Source: Planctomycetota bacterium (lineage in GTDB: Bacteria; Planctomycetota; UBA11346). From it: a DNA stretch of 64,000 nt. Shown in pieces: positions 16,740 through 26,274 of the stretch. The stretch's first letter is position 1, and every line of letters begins with the position of its first letter. The notes below the pieces were generated by a model. The model ran no database searches and was not told the DNA's origin. It worked only from the letters and a program-made list of their open reading frames with translations. The DNA is taken from assembly GCA_017302815.1 (NCBI GenBank), contig JAFLCQ010000004.1:492-64491 (forward strand), in the 5' to 3' direction. Both the position numbers and the translations under genes were made by a program.

Positions 16740-17270
16740 TCAGGGCGATGGTCGCGCGTCCTTGGGGATGTACGGGACAGAGAGCGCTGACCGCGTCTGC
16801 CAGTTCGCGGTGTACGCGGCGGCGAGTTCGGCCGATCGTAGGATGAGGACGTTCTCGACGTTCCTGCTCTCCGCCGAGGTGGTGAAGTTGAAGCTGCCGG
16901 TGATGATGGTGCCGCTGTCGATGATCATGACCTTCGAGTGCGCGATCGCCGGCTTCTCGTCGATGAGCACGGGGATGCCAGCATGGGCGATGAAGTCGGC
17001 GCCGCTGTAGCGCTCGGTGCGCTGGCTCTTGTCCAGGATGACGCGCACGTCGACGCCGCGCGCCTGCGCCGTGGCGAGCGCCTTGGCGATTGGAGCCGAG
17101 GTGAAGCTGTAGGCCTGCACCCTGACCGTGGACCGGGCGGCATCGATGGCGGTAACGATGGCCGTGGTGCAGCCGCCGTCGGGCGAGAAGTAGACCTGGG
17201 CGGTGATGCCAGGGATGGACTCGGCTGCTCCGACGATGCTGGCCAGTAGGACCAGGAGGACCTGGCGCAT
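16740..17270 (-). CDS. nuc: Secreted phospholipase D-family endonuclease (Nuc-like)
   Basis: Signal peptide MRQVLLVLLASIVGAAES. Single HKD motif AIAHSKVMIIDSGTIITGSFNFT. Size of 176 aa matches plasmid Nuc-type PLD nucleases. Confidence 0.85.
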   Translation of the reverse strand: MRQVLLVLLASIVGAAESIPGITAQVYFSPDGGCTTAIVTAIDAARSTVRVQAYSFTSAPIAKALATAQARGVDVRVILDKSQRTERYSGADFIAHAGIPVLIDEKPAIAHSKVMIIDSGTIITGSFNFTTSAESRNVENVLILRSAELAAAYTANWQTRSALSVPYIPKDARPSP

Positions 17271-17279
17271 TGCTGCGTC

Positions 17280-18383
17280 CTACTTCTTCCACTCAAGGGC
17301 GACGCCATAGGTCTCGGCGACGCGCATGAGTTCGGCGTAGGTCGTCTTGATCTTGCGGTCGGTCTCCTTGGCCGTTTCGTCGGCCACAGCTTCGACGAAA
17401 ATCCGCAGGTTCTCGTCGGTCTGCCTGTTCGCCGCCTCCGCCAAGGACACCCGGCGGCGGGCCCAATCCCGGATGACCTGTCGGTGTGCCTCGTATGCGG
17501 ATCGGAAATCCTCTGGGCATGCTGATACATCGACTTGTTCCATCGCTGCCAGGGACTCATCGACGTCCGCGGCTGAGAGGGCTTTGGCATGTGCTTGCAT
17601 CGCTGAGACGACGGCCGCGGTGCGCGGGTTGGAGGGTGCCTGGGTGTGTCCGGGCGACCATGGCGCCCAGAGGGTCGCCCACATCAGCATGCCGGCAGCG
17701 CCGAGGCAGACGACCTGGAGGAGGACATCGCGGCGATTGCGCGGTGCCTGGGCGGCGACCACCGCCGCACCGGCGACGCCGCGGTGGGCGTCGCGCATCT
17801 CCGTGACGCTGGCGTAGCTCCCGCAGCGACCGGCTTCGGCAACGCAGGCGATGAGCCGGCGGCGCTTCAGCAGGTAGATCGGTGTGTAGACGGGCCACAG
17901 CACGGTGGCACTGACCACCCAGGTGGACACCGGCCACCGTTCCATCCGCGACAACGACACCTTGGCCAAGGCGAGTCGGCCAACGCCGATGCGCACGGCG
18001 TCGATGGCGATGGTTATGATGCTGGCGAGCACCGGGACGGCGACGATCAACCACGGCACGGGGAAGCATGCCAGGATGAACGCGCTGATAATCAGGCCGC
18101 ACAGGAGCCACTCGAAGGGGCGGATCGAGGCCAGTGCTGACCGCCACCACGATGCGGGGCGAGGCATCGGCATCGGCGGCGGCGGAATGGCACCGGCACT
18201 CGCTGCTGGCGCGACCAACGACGCCGAAGCGGCGACCAAGGCGCCTGCGGTCAGGATCAACTCCCCGGTGGTGCTGATCACCGGGGTCTCGGCGGGGAGG
18301 TTGCCGGCGCTGACGCGCGCCGCGATCTCCGCCGCCTGGTACGGCCCTTCGCGGGAGCCGTTACGCTCGACGAACCATTCCAT
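17280..18383 (-). CDS. GYF_2 (DUF4339)-domain membrane protein
   Basis: N-terminus MEWFVERNGSREGPYQAAEIAARVSAGNLPAETPV fits the GYF_2 pattern. Several hydrophobic helices follow. Confidence 0.5.
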   Translation of the reverse strand: MEWFVERNGSREGPYQAAEIAARVSAGNLPAETPVISTTGELILTAGALVAASASLVAPAASAGAIPPPPMPMPRPASWWRSALASIRPFEWLLCGLIISAFILACFPVPWLIVAVPVLASIITIAIDAVRIGVGRLALAKVSLSRMERWPVSTWVVSATVLWPVYTPIYLLKRRRLIACVAEAGRCGSYASVTEMRDAHRGVAGAAVVAAQAPRNRRDVLLQVVCLGAAGMLMWATLWAPWSPGHTQAPSNPRTAAVVSAMQAHAKALSAADVDESLAAMEQVDVSACPEDFRSAYEAHRQVIRDWARRRVSLAEAANRQTDENLRIFVEAVADETAKETDRKIKTTYAELMRVAETYGVALEWKK

Positions 18384-18395
18384 GATGGCCTCCGG

Positions 18396-19646
18396 TCAGG
18401 GTGTTGCGGGTGATTCGGGATACGGAGACGGTTTGCCGCTGAGGTAGACCTTGGCCCAGTACAGCTCGACCAGATCCTGGTAGCTCATCTTCTTGTCGTC
18501 GATGAGCCCGGCGCGCGGCTCACCGAACCGCTCGACCAGCACATCGATCAGCACGAGGCGATCGCCGAGGCCGATGGGATCGGGGATCGCGGGCGGACGA
18601 CGGGACACTGTCTGCTGCTTCTGCTCGGCATGCGTTCGGCTCCCGCCGAGTTTGACGTCGCCGTTGGCCAGGACCTCACCAGGACCGCTGTAGATCAGTG
18701 GGCGCTGATCCGTCGGCGCGTCGTCTCGCCACACCATGGGCCGGTTGTCGCCGCCAACCTGTGTGGTGTCGGCAGCGGCGGTATCGGGGCCACCGCGGAG
18801 CAGATCCGAAACGCCCTGCGCCTGGAGGATGTCGCGTCGACGCAGGAGATCGACGAAGCTCTGGAACTGCGGCAAGCGGTCCGCGAATCCGATGAGCCGC
18901 ACGCGATCATCGTACCTGATTTTCTCACCTCCTGCATTGGTGACTGACTGCCCGGCCGTCAGCAGTAACATGCGGGTGTCGGCCTTGTCGCTTTCGGTTG
19001 TTGCCTTGGCCAGCAGGGCATCCGCAATGACCTTCATCTCGGCTTCGATCTGAGCGATCTCCGCGGCGACCTGCTGCTCCGCTGCGCTCTGCTTCGCCTG
19101 AAGACGATCGGCGACGGCCTGGAGTTCGGCATTCAACCTGATGCTCTCTGCGTTCTGGGCCGCAATGGCAGCGTCCAGTTCGGCTTGACGCCGCTTGCCG
19201 TCTTCGACGAAACCGCGATTGACGGCGTCAGCCTCGGCCTGAGAAGCTTTTACCCTAGCGGCATGCTGGGCGGCGAACTCAGCTTGCAGCCATGCATAGC
19301 CGCCCTCGGTCAACGGCACGGGCACGCAGCCCTCGGCCTTACGAGCGGCGATGAAGGCGTTGGTCTCGTCGACGCGCGCCTGCAACTCCACCGGCGACGC
19401 AGCCTCCAGCTCCATGGTCAGCGGCAGGCCGGTGACGAGGTCGGTGCCTATGGTGATGGTTGCGCGATATGTTGCTGGTGCTGACGGCGCAGCGACGGAG
19501 GCGTGAACGACAGCGGCAGTTTGACCAGACGGCCAGAATACCATGACCACAGCGGTCGCGGCCAGAGCGGCGACGACGGCAATGGTCAGGACAATGGGTT
19601 GCCACCTTCGCGGAGGCGAAGGCGGCGGAGGTGCACGGCCAACCAT
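18396..19646 (-). CDS. Membrane-anchored coiled-coil protein (416 aa)
   Basis: N-terminal TM WQPIVLTIAVVAALAATAVVMVF, then a long Ala/Glu/Gln heptad-like region (QAELDAAIAAQNAESIRLNAELQAVADRLQAKQSAAEQQVAAEIAQIEAEMK). Confidence 0.5.
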   Translation of the reverse strand: MVGRAPPPPSPPRRWQPIVLTIAVVAALAATAVVMVFWPSGQTAAVVHASVAAPSAPATYRATITIGTDLVTGLPLTMELEAASPVELQARVDETNAFIAARKAEGCVPVPLTEGGYAWLQAEFAAQHAARVKASQAEADAVNRGFVEDGKRRQAELDAAIAAQNAESIRLNAELQAVADRLQAKQSAAEQQVAAEIAQIEAEMKVIADALLAKATTESDKADTRMLLLTAGQSVTNAGGEKIRYDDRVRLIGFADRLPQFQSFVDLLRRRDILQAQGVSDLLRGGPDTAAADTTQVGGDNRPMVWRDDAPTDQRPLIYSGPGEVLANGDVKLGGSRTHAEQKQQTVSRRPPAIPDPIGLGDRLVLIDVLVERFGEPRAGLIDDKKMSYQDLVELYWAKVYLSGKPSPYPESPATP

Positions 19647-19664
19647 GATTCCTCCTCGGCGGGA

Positions 19665-19928
19665 TCACCGCCTGTTGTGGGTGTTGAGCCCGAGCCGTCG
19701 ATCGGCCCGGACATCGGGTTCGTCGTCGGTATCGGCAGTGAAGCCGGGATCCTCGCCCGAAGCGAGACAGCGTTCCAGGCGCTCCAGCTCCCGGCGCAAC
19801 GCAGACTCGGCGAACGTCGTCGGCTTCAGGTACCACGGCGCCGCGGCGCGCTCGCGAAGGAAATGCCGGATGCGTTTGTGCACATCGGCGGAGACCCTGA
19901 ACGAGATGGACTTGCGAGGGGCGGACAT
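19665..19928 (-). CDS. Small hypothetical protein (87 aa), possible DNA-binding
   Basis: Internal ATG at 19928 gives MSAPRKSISFRVSADVHKRIRHFLRERAAAP..., a ribbon-helix-helix-like beginning. Confidence 0.35.
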   Translation of the reverse strand: MSAPRKSISFRVSADVHKRIRHFLRERAAAPWYLKPTTFAESALRRELERLERCLASGEDPGFTADTDDEPDVRADRRLGLNTHNRR

Positions 19929-20457
19929 GAGTGACGCCAGCGTAGCACGTCTGCGCGTACTACGGCACCAGGAGGTGCTCGTGTACGCGCAGACGTGTCG
20001 ACGCGTAGACGAGTTTACGCTGCTCAGGCCGCCGACAGCGGTGGGCGCGGCGCCGATCGACGGGCCGAGGGGCGGGACCGCGCCGCCTGCAGTCGGGGAT
20101 TGCTGGAGTCGAGGAACCGGAGGACCGGCGACGGCCAGTCCGCGGGGACCTGGTGGCGACGGGAGGGGACGAAGCCGAGGGCGACCGACATCTCGCCGGT
20201 GGCCTCGGCGACGCTGAGCGGGGCGCCCTGGGTGAAGGGGGTTTCGCGGGGGGCGAAGTCGTGCATGGGATACTCCTGGAACGCCAGCAGCCGCCGGGGG
20301 TACCGGCGGCTGCTGCGGGGATGACGCGGATCGGGGCCGTCGACGACGGACCCGGACAGGTAAACCCCTGTCATGTATTCTACGCATTTTGTGCACCGGA
20401 TTTAGCTCAGAGGTCTCGCTTTACCCCCATTGGCGTCCTGCACCGTACTCCGGCGCC

Positions 20458-23274
20458 ATGGACTTGATCTCGGATCAGATCGCAGACCTCTTCACGGTGC
20501 GGGCGGCGGCAGACCCAGCGATGATGTCCTGGGTTGTGATGCCCTACCCCAGGACCGGACTCCAGGTGTGGTCCATGGACATCCTGCCGGGTGTGCGGCG
20601 ATCGCATCGTACCGCCAGGGGATGGCCGCGACCGTCGTGGATCGTGGCCAACATCTTCGGCGCCGCCGAGCTCAAGTCGCCAGAACGACGCCGGTCCGTC
20701 TGGTCTGGCCAGGATCTTGGGATTCCTCGTGACGATGCCCTTGCCGTCGCCATGGCATCCGTAGCACCGAAGGACATCCCCCAGGGACTTTTCGCCGTGG
20801 CGATGTATACGCGGCCTTCGCGTGATGATGTTGCAGGCATTGCGCGACGCTTCTTGGTCATGACCCGACCGGATCTGGCCCGAGGTGTAGAGCCGGTTGG
20901 CCGCGGAACTCGGACACCTCGGATTTTCAGTGCCGTGGTGGCCGCGCTGGATGGACACGTGCGTGAAGGCCACGCATCCTCGTACTGGCAACAGGATCTC
21001 ATACCACGCCGACGAATGATCGAGGTGCGGTGGGCTTTCCACCGTACCCCGGACTGCACCTGCGATCCCAAGACGTTCCTGGAAACGTGGGGATCAGCGC
21101 GGCCGGACGCTGCTCAGAGCAACGATGTCGATGATGGTGCCTTCGTCACCGTTATGCCCTTCGGCGCCGATGACCTATCGGGGCGAAGTGTTCTCGCGCA
21201 GATCCTAATGCTGCCATCCCCGGGGTTACAGGACATCGCATTGGGCGCGGACTGGTCGGCGTATCTCTGTCGAGGCCCGGAGTCCTGGTACCGGCCCCAA
21301 TACATCCATCAGTGCATGGCATGTGACCCCGCCGAGGTGAAACGACGAACGCGGGCGTATGGGCGGGGAAGCCGAGACGCCAATGACGACCCCACGACGG
21401 TGCCCCGCGAGTTCCGCCGCCTACCGACGCGATTTGCTGAGCCGCTGTCCGCGCAGGTCCTGCGCGCGCACGCCGGCGTGGGCTGCCATCCGAGTACGCG
21501 CCATGCTACCATCGGCGTCTTGGGCTGGGATGTGACGACCTGGGCATGCATCGACCTCGATAATCATTGGAGGGGGAACGGAGCTCCCACAGTAGCCGAA
21601 CGCGAGCAGGCGCATGATGACCTGATACGGAGGGTCACGGCGGTTCGGAAGGTGTACCGCGATGCCATTGCCGAGGCCAGGTATGAGCTCGTCGGCATCA
21701 ACCCCGCCCTTGGCGCCCCGATACTGGGGCTCTGGCGGATCGGCGATCGTGTCGTGCATCGCAATCCCCGGGATCCACGGCACTGGGTTGCCGGGGTGCA
21801 TTGCTGGGTAATTCTCGGGGGGTGGCGGCGCCGAGCCGAGGTCGTCGCTGAAATCCATGACGCCCTACGTGGTGCCGGGCTGGCGGCGACGGACTACGAG
21901 GTGTTTCCCGACCCCAACAAGGCAATCTCGTTGCCCCTGCGACGCGAGCCACGGCCAGGGGCGCAGCAGGGCCGAGCATCGGTCCGCGTCGATGACACCG
22001 TCGCCTCGTACGAGCTCATCGACGACGATCTCTTCCCCAGCGTGGCCATGATGTCCAGAGAACGAGCTGAACGGCTTGGGAGGTCGTGGTCGGGAAACGA
22101 CCTACTCGCGTCGACGGGCTACCGGCGCATGCTCTGGCAGGCGTTCGATCGGCTGTGGACGCGAGCGCGCCGGGATCCCAGGGCCGTCGTCGATCTCCCA
22201 GAAACCGTGCAGATCAGGGCACGAGAACTCGGGGGCGTCCCCGTGCTGGGTGCGGAATGGGAGTTGCCGGATTGGGCTCGGCCGCCTCGGCATTCCGAGG
22301 GCATGACCAAGGCGTGGACCCTGGAGGTCGACGACACGGTGCCGTGGCCCCTTGGCTGTGACGATCCCCCACCAATAGCACAGGATCCGCGGCCACATCG
22401 GAGGAGCTACCGCGCCATCCTCATCACGGCGTCGCTGGAGGCCGAATACGGTGAGCTGGCGTTACCTGCCGAAGGGGATGCCCCGGCTCGTCGACGGCGG
22501 CGTAGGCAACGGCGACGATCTCCGCTTCCGCGACCTGTTCCCCCGGCGTCGACATCCCCGGCCCTGCCAGAGGCTGCTGAAACCGTCGGCGATGATGCTG
22601 CTGGGGCTGCGACGCCGTTCACACCAGGACGTCGGAATGACGACATTCTGGCCATGGTCAGGGCGATGCATGCCTGGGGCTGTTCCGAGGCGGAGTTCCT
22701 GAGCCGCCACGACCTCCGCTACGACGCCGCACCCATGCGGACGCCCAAAGCCAAGAGCCGAGAGCAAGCCCAAGCGGCGTGGCGGCTATGGTGCGCGAGG
22801 ATGGGGCCACCGCAGCGGACCTGGACGCCGTCGTCGTTGAGCCCGACGGACCGTGAAGCCATCATCGACGCCGCCAGAGCCGGGGTGCTTCGAACGGGCC
22901 TTGTCCTGCGGAAATCCGCTGTGGAGGCCTGTGCGAGGGCGATCGCCACTATTCTCGTCGACGCCGCGGCTGATCCGGCCTCCATAGGGGTTCGTCTGCT
23001 TGCCGAGGCCTATCTCGGTCGATGCCTCGACGTGGCCAAGGGTACCGAGAACCGCCGCCCCCAGAGCCGCTTGAAGGCGGTCATCGAGTCCCTGGGGGCC
23101 AAACGCCTAACTCCCAAGGAGGCAGCCCGCCGTGTCGCCGCTGCGCACCTCGACGTTTACGTCGGCAGGGCTCCGTTTTTCGACCTCTGGGGCCTGATCG
23201 CTACCGTCGTGCCGCTGGCTCAACAGGCGTTGTTTCGGGTGGATCCGAATAGTGGCGGCGACGCCACTGTTTAA
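20458..23274 (+). CDS. Large hypothetical protein (939 aa), possible primase-polymerase/replication initiator
   Basis: First ATG of ORF 20389..23274. WACIDLDNHW and GVHCWVILGG resemble the DxD and sGxH motifs of prim-pol domains. Arg-rich linker RRRRRQRRRS, then a C-terminal helical region. Confidence 0.45.
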   Translation: MDLISDQIADLFTVRAAADPAMMSWVVMPYPRTGLQVWSMDILPGVRRSHRTARGWPRPSWIVANIFGAAELKSPERRRSVWSGQDLGIPRDDALAVAMASVAPKDIPQGLFAVAMYTRPSRDDVAGIARRFLVMTRPDLARGVEPVGRGTRTPRIFSAVVAALDGHVREGHASSYWQQDLIPRRRMIEVRWAFHRTPDCTCDPKTFLETWGSARPDAAQSNDVDDGAFVTVMPFGADDLSGRSVLAQILMLPSPGLQDIALGADWSAYLCRGPESWYRPQYIHQCMACDPAEVKRRTRAYGRGSRDANDDPTTVPREFRRLPTRFAEPLSAQVLRAHAGVGCHPSTRHATIGVLGWDVTTWACIDLDNHWRGNGAPTVAEREQAHDDLIRRVTAVRKVYRDAIAEARYELVGINPALGAPILGLWRIGDRVVHRNPRDPRHWVAGVHCWVILGGWRRRAEVVAEIHDALRGAGLAATDYEVFPDPNKAISLPLRREPRPGAQQGRASVRVDDTVASYELIDDDLFPSVAMMSRERAERLGRSWSGNDLLASTGYRRMLWQAFDRLWTRARRDPRAVVDLPETVQIRARELGGVPVLGAEWELPDWARPPRHSEGMTKAWTLEVDDTVPWPLGCDDPPPIAQDPRPHRRSYRAILITASLEAEYGELALPAEGDAPARRRRRRQRRRSPLPRPVPPASTSPALPEAAETVGDDAAGAATPFTPGRRNDDILAMVRAMHAWGCSEAEFLSRHDLRYDAAPMRTPKAKSREQAQAAWRLWCARMGPPQRTWTPSSLSPTDREAIIDAARAGVLRTGLVLRKSAVEACARAIATILVDAAADPASIGVRLLAEAYLGRCLDVAKGTENRRPQSRLKAVIESLGAKRLTPKEAARRVAAAHLDVYVGRAPFFDLWGLIATVVPLAQQALFRVDPNSGGDATV

Positions 23275-23421
23275 GCGATTGCGTGTAATGTTATTCACAG
23301 CAATGATATGCATATGGCCTGTCTCGCTTCGTGTTGTCGCATATCCACGGAAGTGGTACATAATATAAGATAGAATATATAGGCATGTTGAGCACCGCCT
23401 TGTCCATCTCGGTCGTCGCTG

Positions 23422-23814
23422 TCATGATGTGCCCTGTTGTGCGACATGCTGGCGCGATCCGCCAACAGTGGCGGAGCCGCCACTATTGGCGACATCACCC
23501 CTAACCCCTTGCAGGCGCAGCTCCGCGGCGATGAGCTCAGCCTCGATACCCGTCGCCGCCACCCCCGCAGCGCGTAGGGCCGCCCTGAACCACTTGCTGC
23601 GGCGGCCATGCTTCAGGTTGAATAGGGTAACCCGCCGAAGCCCCTCGGGCGTCCGCGGACCCGTCGACAGGCCGCCATGCATGCGGCACCTCCGCTTCCC
23701 CTGAATCGCTGGGGAATGGCATGGTCTTCCACTTCGCGTCTTCGCCCCGCAGCGGGGGCATTGCTCCAGGCCACGTAGGCGCCGCTGCGGTGCATGGGGT
23801 TCCGCGGTGTTCAC
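23422..23814 (-). CDS. HGGxSTG-motif protein
   Basis: CPRCGAKTRSGRPCHSPAIQGKRRCRMHGGLSTGPRTPEGL matches the HGGxSTG family common on mobile elements. GTG start overlaps the upstream stop. Confidence 0.6.
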   Translation of the reverse strand: MNTAEPHAPQRRLRGLEQCPRCGAKTRSGRPCHSPAIQGKRRCRMHGGLSTGPRTPEGLRRVTLFNLKHGRRSKWFRAALRAAGVAATGIEAELIAAELRLQGVRGDVANSGGSATVGGSRQHVAQQGTS

Positions 23815-24557
23815 GACGCCTGCCCCCCGTCCCGCCCGGGCTGGACGACGCCGACGACGGCCTGGCCCCCGGGCTCGACGACGACCTTCTCGACCCTGAC
23901 GACCTGCCGGGTGCCGTTCTTGAGCCGGTCGAGGACCTCGGCCTGCCGGCTGACCAAATCCATGAACTTGGCGGCGAGGCGGATGGCGCGCTCCTGGGCG
24001 GGATCAGGGCCGCCGCGGATCTCGCCGACGACCTGGAGGAGGTGTAGCGCCCAGCTCTCGGCGAGGACGAGGTTCTGGGCGATGACCCCCGAGCTCGCCT
24101 TGCCGTTATGGATGGCGGCGCCGTGGATCGCGGCGCGGTTGTAGACGTCGACTCTGGTCTTGACGTTGGGATCTCGCGGCGGGCTGACGCGGTGTGTCCC
24201 GGGCATGGCGTTGCCGATGCGCTCGATGAACTCCGTCGCCGTCAGGGGGTCGGGGCAACCTGTTGCTTCCAGAGCAGGCTCGGGCTCGTCCTGGACGACA
24301 CTCTCCAGGGTGCCGACGTCGAGGCCGAGGTGGCGGCGGTGCGGGATGGGGTAGCCGCGGGCGATGTACCACTTCTCCGAGTGGCTCCTGGGGCGGCGGT
24401 AGTCCTGGCGCTTGGCGGCAGCACGCATTTCCAACGTGACACCATCCGCATCGGCGGTGCTGTCCGGGGGCTGCTGTGACGGCACAGGCTCTATTGTGGA
24501 TGCGAGGGCATCTGTGGCGGTGGGTGGCGGCGATGCGTGCTGAGGAGCGTCGTGCAT
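23811..24557 (-). CDS. Hypothetical protein (248 aa)
   Basis: ORF in series with the HGGxSTG gene. No family recognised. Confidence 0.4.
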   Translation of the reverse strand: MHDAPQHASPPPTATDALASTIEPVPSQQPPDSTADADGVTLEMRAAAKRQDYRRPRSHSEKWYIARGYPIPHRRHLGLDVGTLESVVQDEPEPALEATGCPDPLTATEFIERIGNAMPGTHRVSPPRDPNVKTRVDVYNRAAIHGAAIHNGKASSGVIAQNLVLAESWALHLLQVVGEIRGGPDPAQERAIRLAAKFMDLVSRQAEVLDRLKNGTRQVVRVEKVVVEPGGQAVVGVVQPGRDGGQAS

Positions 24558-24883
24558 CCCCAGATCCTATGCGAACCGGGCGATCTACCGAGACCGATCT
24601 CCCCGGCGGACCCGACAGGCATCGTCACCACAGCTATGCCGGCAGCAGTCTGTAGCAGTGGGCGACGACGTCGCTGATCAGCATCGTCGACATACGCGCG
24701 GCTTCCGTGGCATACATGGAAACCCGCTTGTCGGTTCACCTACGTTTCCATAGGATCTCCAGGATACCCCGTCCGACATGACGTCGGTCGACAACCTCCC
24801 TGGAGAAGTGGCATGCCGCCCTTCGAGCGCCACGAACATCCAGTACATCGGGTCGGGATGCAGCCGGTAGTGCGGGCGGCACC

Positions 24884-25462
24884 ATGACTCCAGCTACAGA
24901 CGCTGTCGCCGCTGTGATCGATCCCGAGCCGAAACTCACGTCTCGAGTGACCGCATCCAACCCCTTGCTTACAAGTACCGCGCACTTTGACCTCTACCCC
25001 AGCGTCTACGAGGGGCCGCTCCAGGCGTTCCGTTCCCAGGACATCTGGATCTCCGAACCCATGTTGACCAAGTACCGCCGCGACTGGAAAACGTTCGCCG
25101 GCGACATCTACCGTCATCTCCCCAAAGCAGGGGTTCCTTTGAACGTCGTCGACATGGTTGGAGATCCCGTCGTCATCGTCCTCGGCGCGTGGGGCGAGAT
25201 CCGCATGCTACATGATCAGCGCGGGCCGAGAGTGTTGATCAGGATCTGCGTGCCCGAGATCCTTGGCGTGGCGTTGGCGTTTCGGCTGCCTGATTGCCCA
25301 GTGACCTTTGCCCTGGTCATGGAAAACATCGCGGACGCCAACCGCAGAGCCCACGGCATCCCCAAGCCCGTTGGTCCCGCGGCGAAGCCGACGCCGTGGC
25401 GGCGGCGCGTATATACAACGATGCAATACCTCCGGCTGCCTCCGGGAAAGGCCTGGTACTGA
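24884..25462 (+). CDS. Hypothetical protein (192 aa)
   Basis: ORF with ordinary composition. No family recognised. Confidence 0.35.
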   Translation: MTPATDAVAAVIDPEPKLTSRVTASNPLLTSTAHFDLYPSVYEGPLQAFRSQDIWISEPMLTKYRRDWKTFAGDIYRHLPKAGVPLNVVDMVGDPVVIVLGAWGEIRMLHDQRGPRVLIRICVPEILGVALAFRLPDCPVTFALVMENIADANRRAHGIPKPVGPAAKPTPWRRRVYTTMQYLRLPPGKAWY

Positions 25463-25470
25463 TTCTGAGC

Positions 25471-26181
25471 TCAGGGGTCGAGGACGTGACGGCGCAGATC
25501 CTTGAGGTTGATCTGGGCGTGGCGGCGATGCTTCCGCATGCAGCGGATGACGGCGCGGTCGTTCCAGCGCAGCTCCAGTACGGTCTGGGCAGTACCATCA
25601 AGCTCGGGCATGGGCATGTACCTCTGCTTGAGAGGTATGATGCGGACGAGGATGGTGATGTCGCCGTCCTTGAAGAGCAGCGCCGCGGGATGGCGGCATG
25701 GCAGCTCGATCCAGTCGGGGGCCCATGCGGCGATGGCGCGGCGGAGGATCCTGCGCAGTTCGATGAGGCCGGGATGGCGGAGCCGGGCGCGTGGCTTGGG
25801 TGACCGGCGCGAGGGCTCGCGGTTGGCGACGCAGGGGCGCAGGTCGGTCCACGTGGTGAACCTGGGTATGGCCTCTCGCCGCGGATAGGTCGCACGCAGT
25901 CGGAGCGCCTCGAACACCATCGACTCGTTGTAGCCTCTGCCGAGGTACTTGGCGAGGTGCTCGGCCAATGACCGTGACAGCGCCCGCCGATACGGCATCC
26001 GCGTGCGACCCTTGGGCAGGATGGCGTCGCCGAGGCGCCAGCGCAGATCGATCTCGGGGGTCATGCCGTAGCCGGGGCCGAGGCGGAGGTGATCGCCGAC
26101 GGCGCCAAGCGCGGCGACGATCATGGCCTTGAGTTCGGGGCTGAGGTTGCGATGCAGGGGACGGCGGCGGGTGGCGGCCAT
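25471..26181 (-). CDS. Hypothetical protein (236 aa)
   Basis: Internal ATG at 26181 gives MAATRRRPLHRNLSPELKAMIVAALG... The upstream part of the track ORF looks non-coding. Confidence 0.4.
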   Translation of the reverse strand: MAATRRRPLHRNLSPELKAMIVAALGAVGDHLRLGPGYGMTPEIDLRWRLGDAILPKGRTRMPYRRALSRSLAEHLAKYLGRGYNESMVFEALRLRATYPRREAIPRFTTWTDLRPCVANREPSRRSPKPRARLRHPGLIELRRILRRAIAAWAPDWIELPCRHPAALLFKDGDITILVRIIPLKQRYMPMPELDGTAQTVLELRWNDRAVIRCMRKHRRHAQINLKDLRRHVLDP

Positions 26182-26274
26182 GGCGACAGTGTCGCCAACG
26201 ATCGTCGCCGGCAACGCCCCGGTTGTTCGTGCCGGACCCCTACCAGGGGAAGGTGCCCGGCATATCCTTACGGT

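Noticed and set aside
20395-20450. tRNA-like D-arm string GGATTTAGCTCAGAGGTCTCGC upstream of the 939-aa gene
   Set aside because: No anticodon stem, T-arm (GTTCGAATC-like) or acceptor pairing follows, so it is not a tRNA or a convincing tRNA fragment.
23084-23092. TCGAGTCCC matches to the tRNA T-arm (also at about 26288 and 52854)
   Set aside because: These are 9-nt matches inside coding sequences of a GC-rich genome, with identity ending immediately after. Chance.
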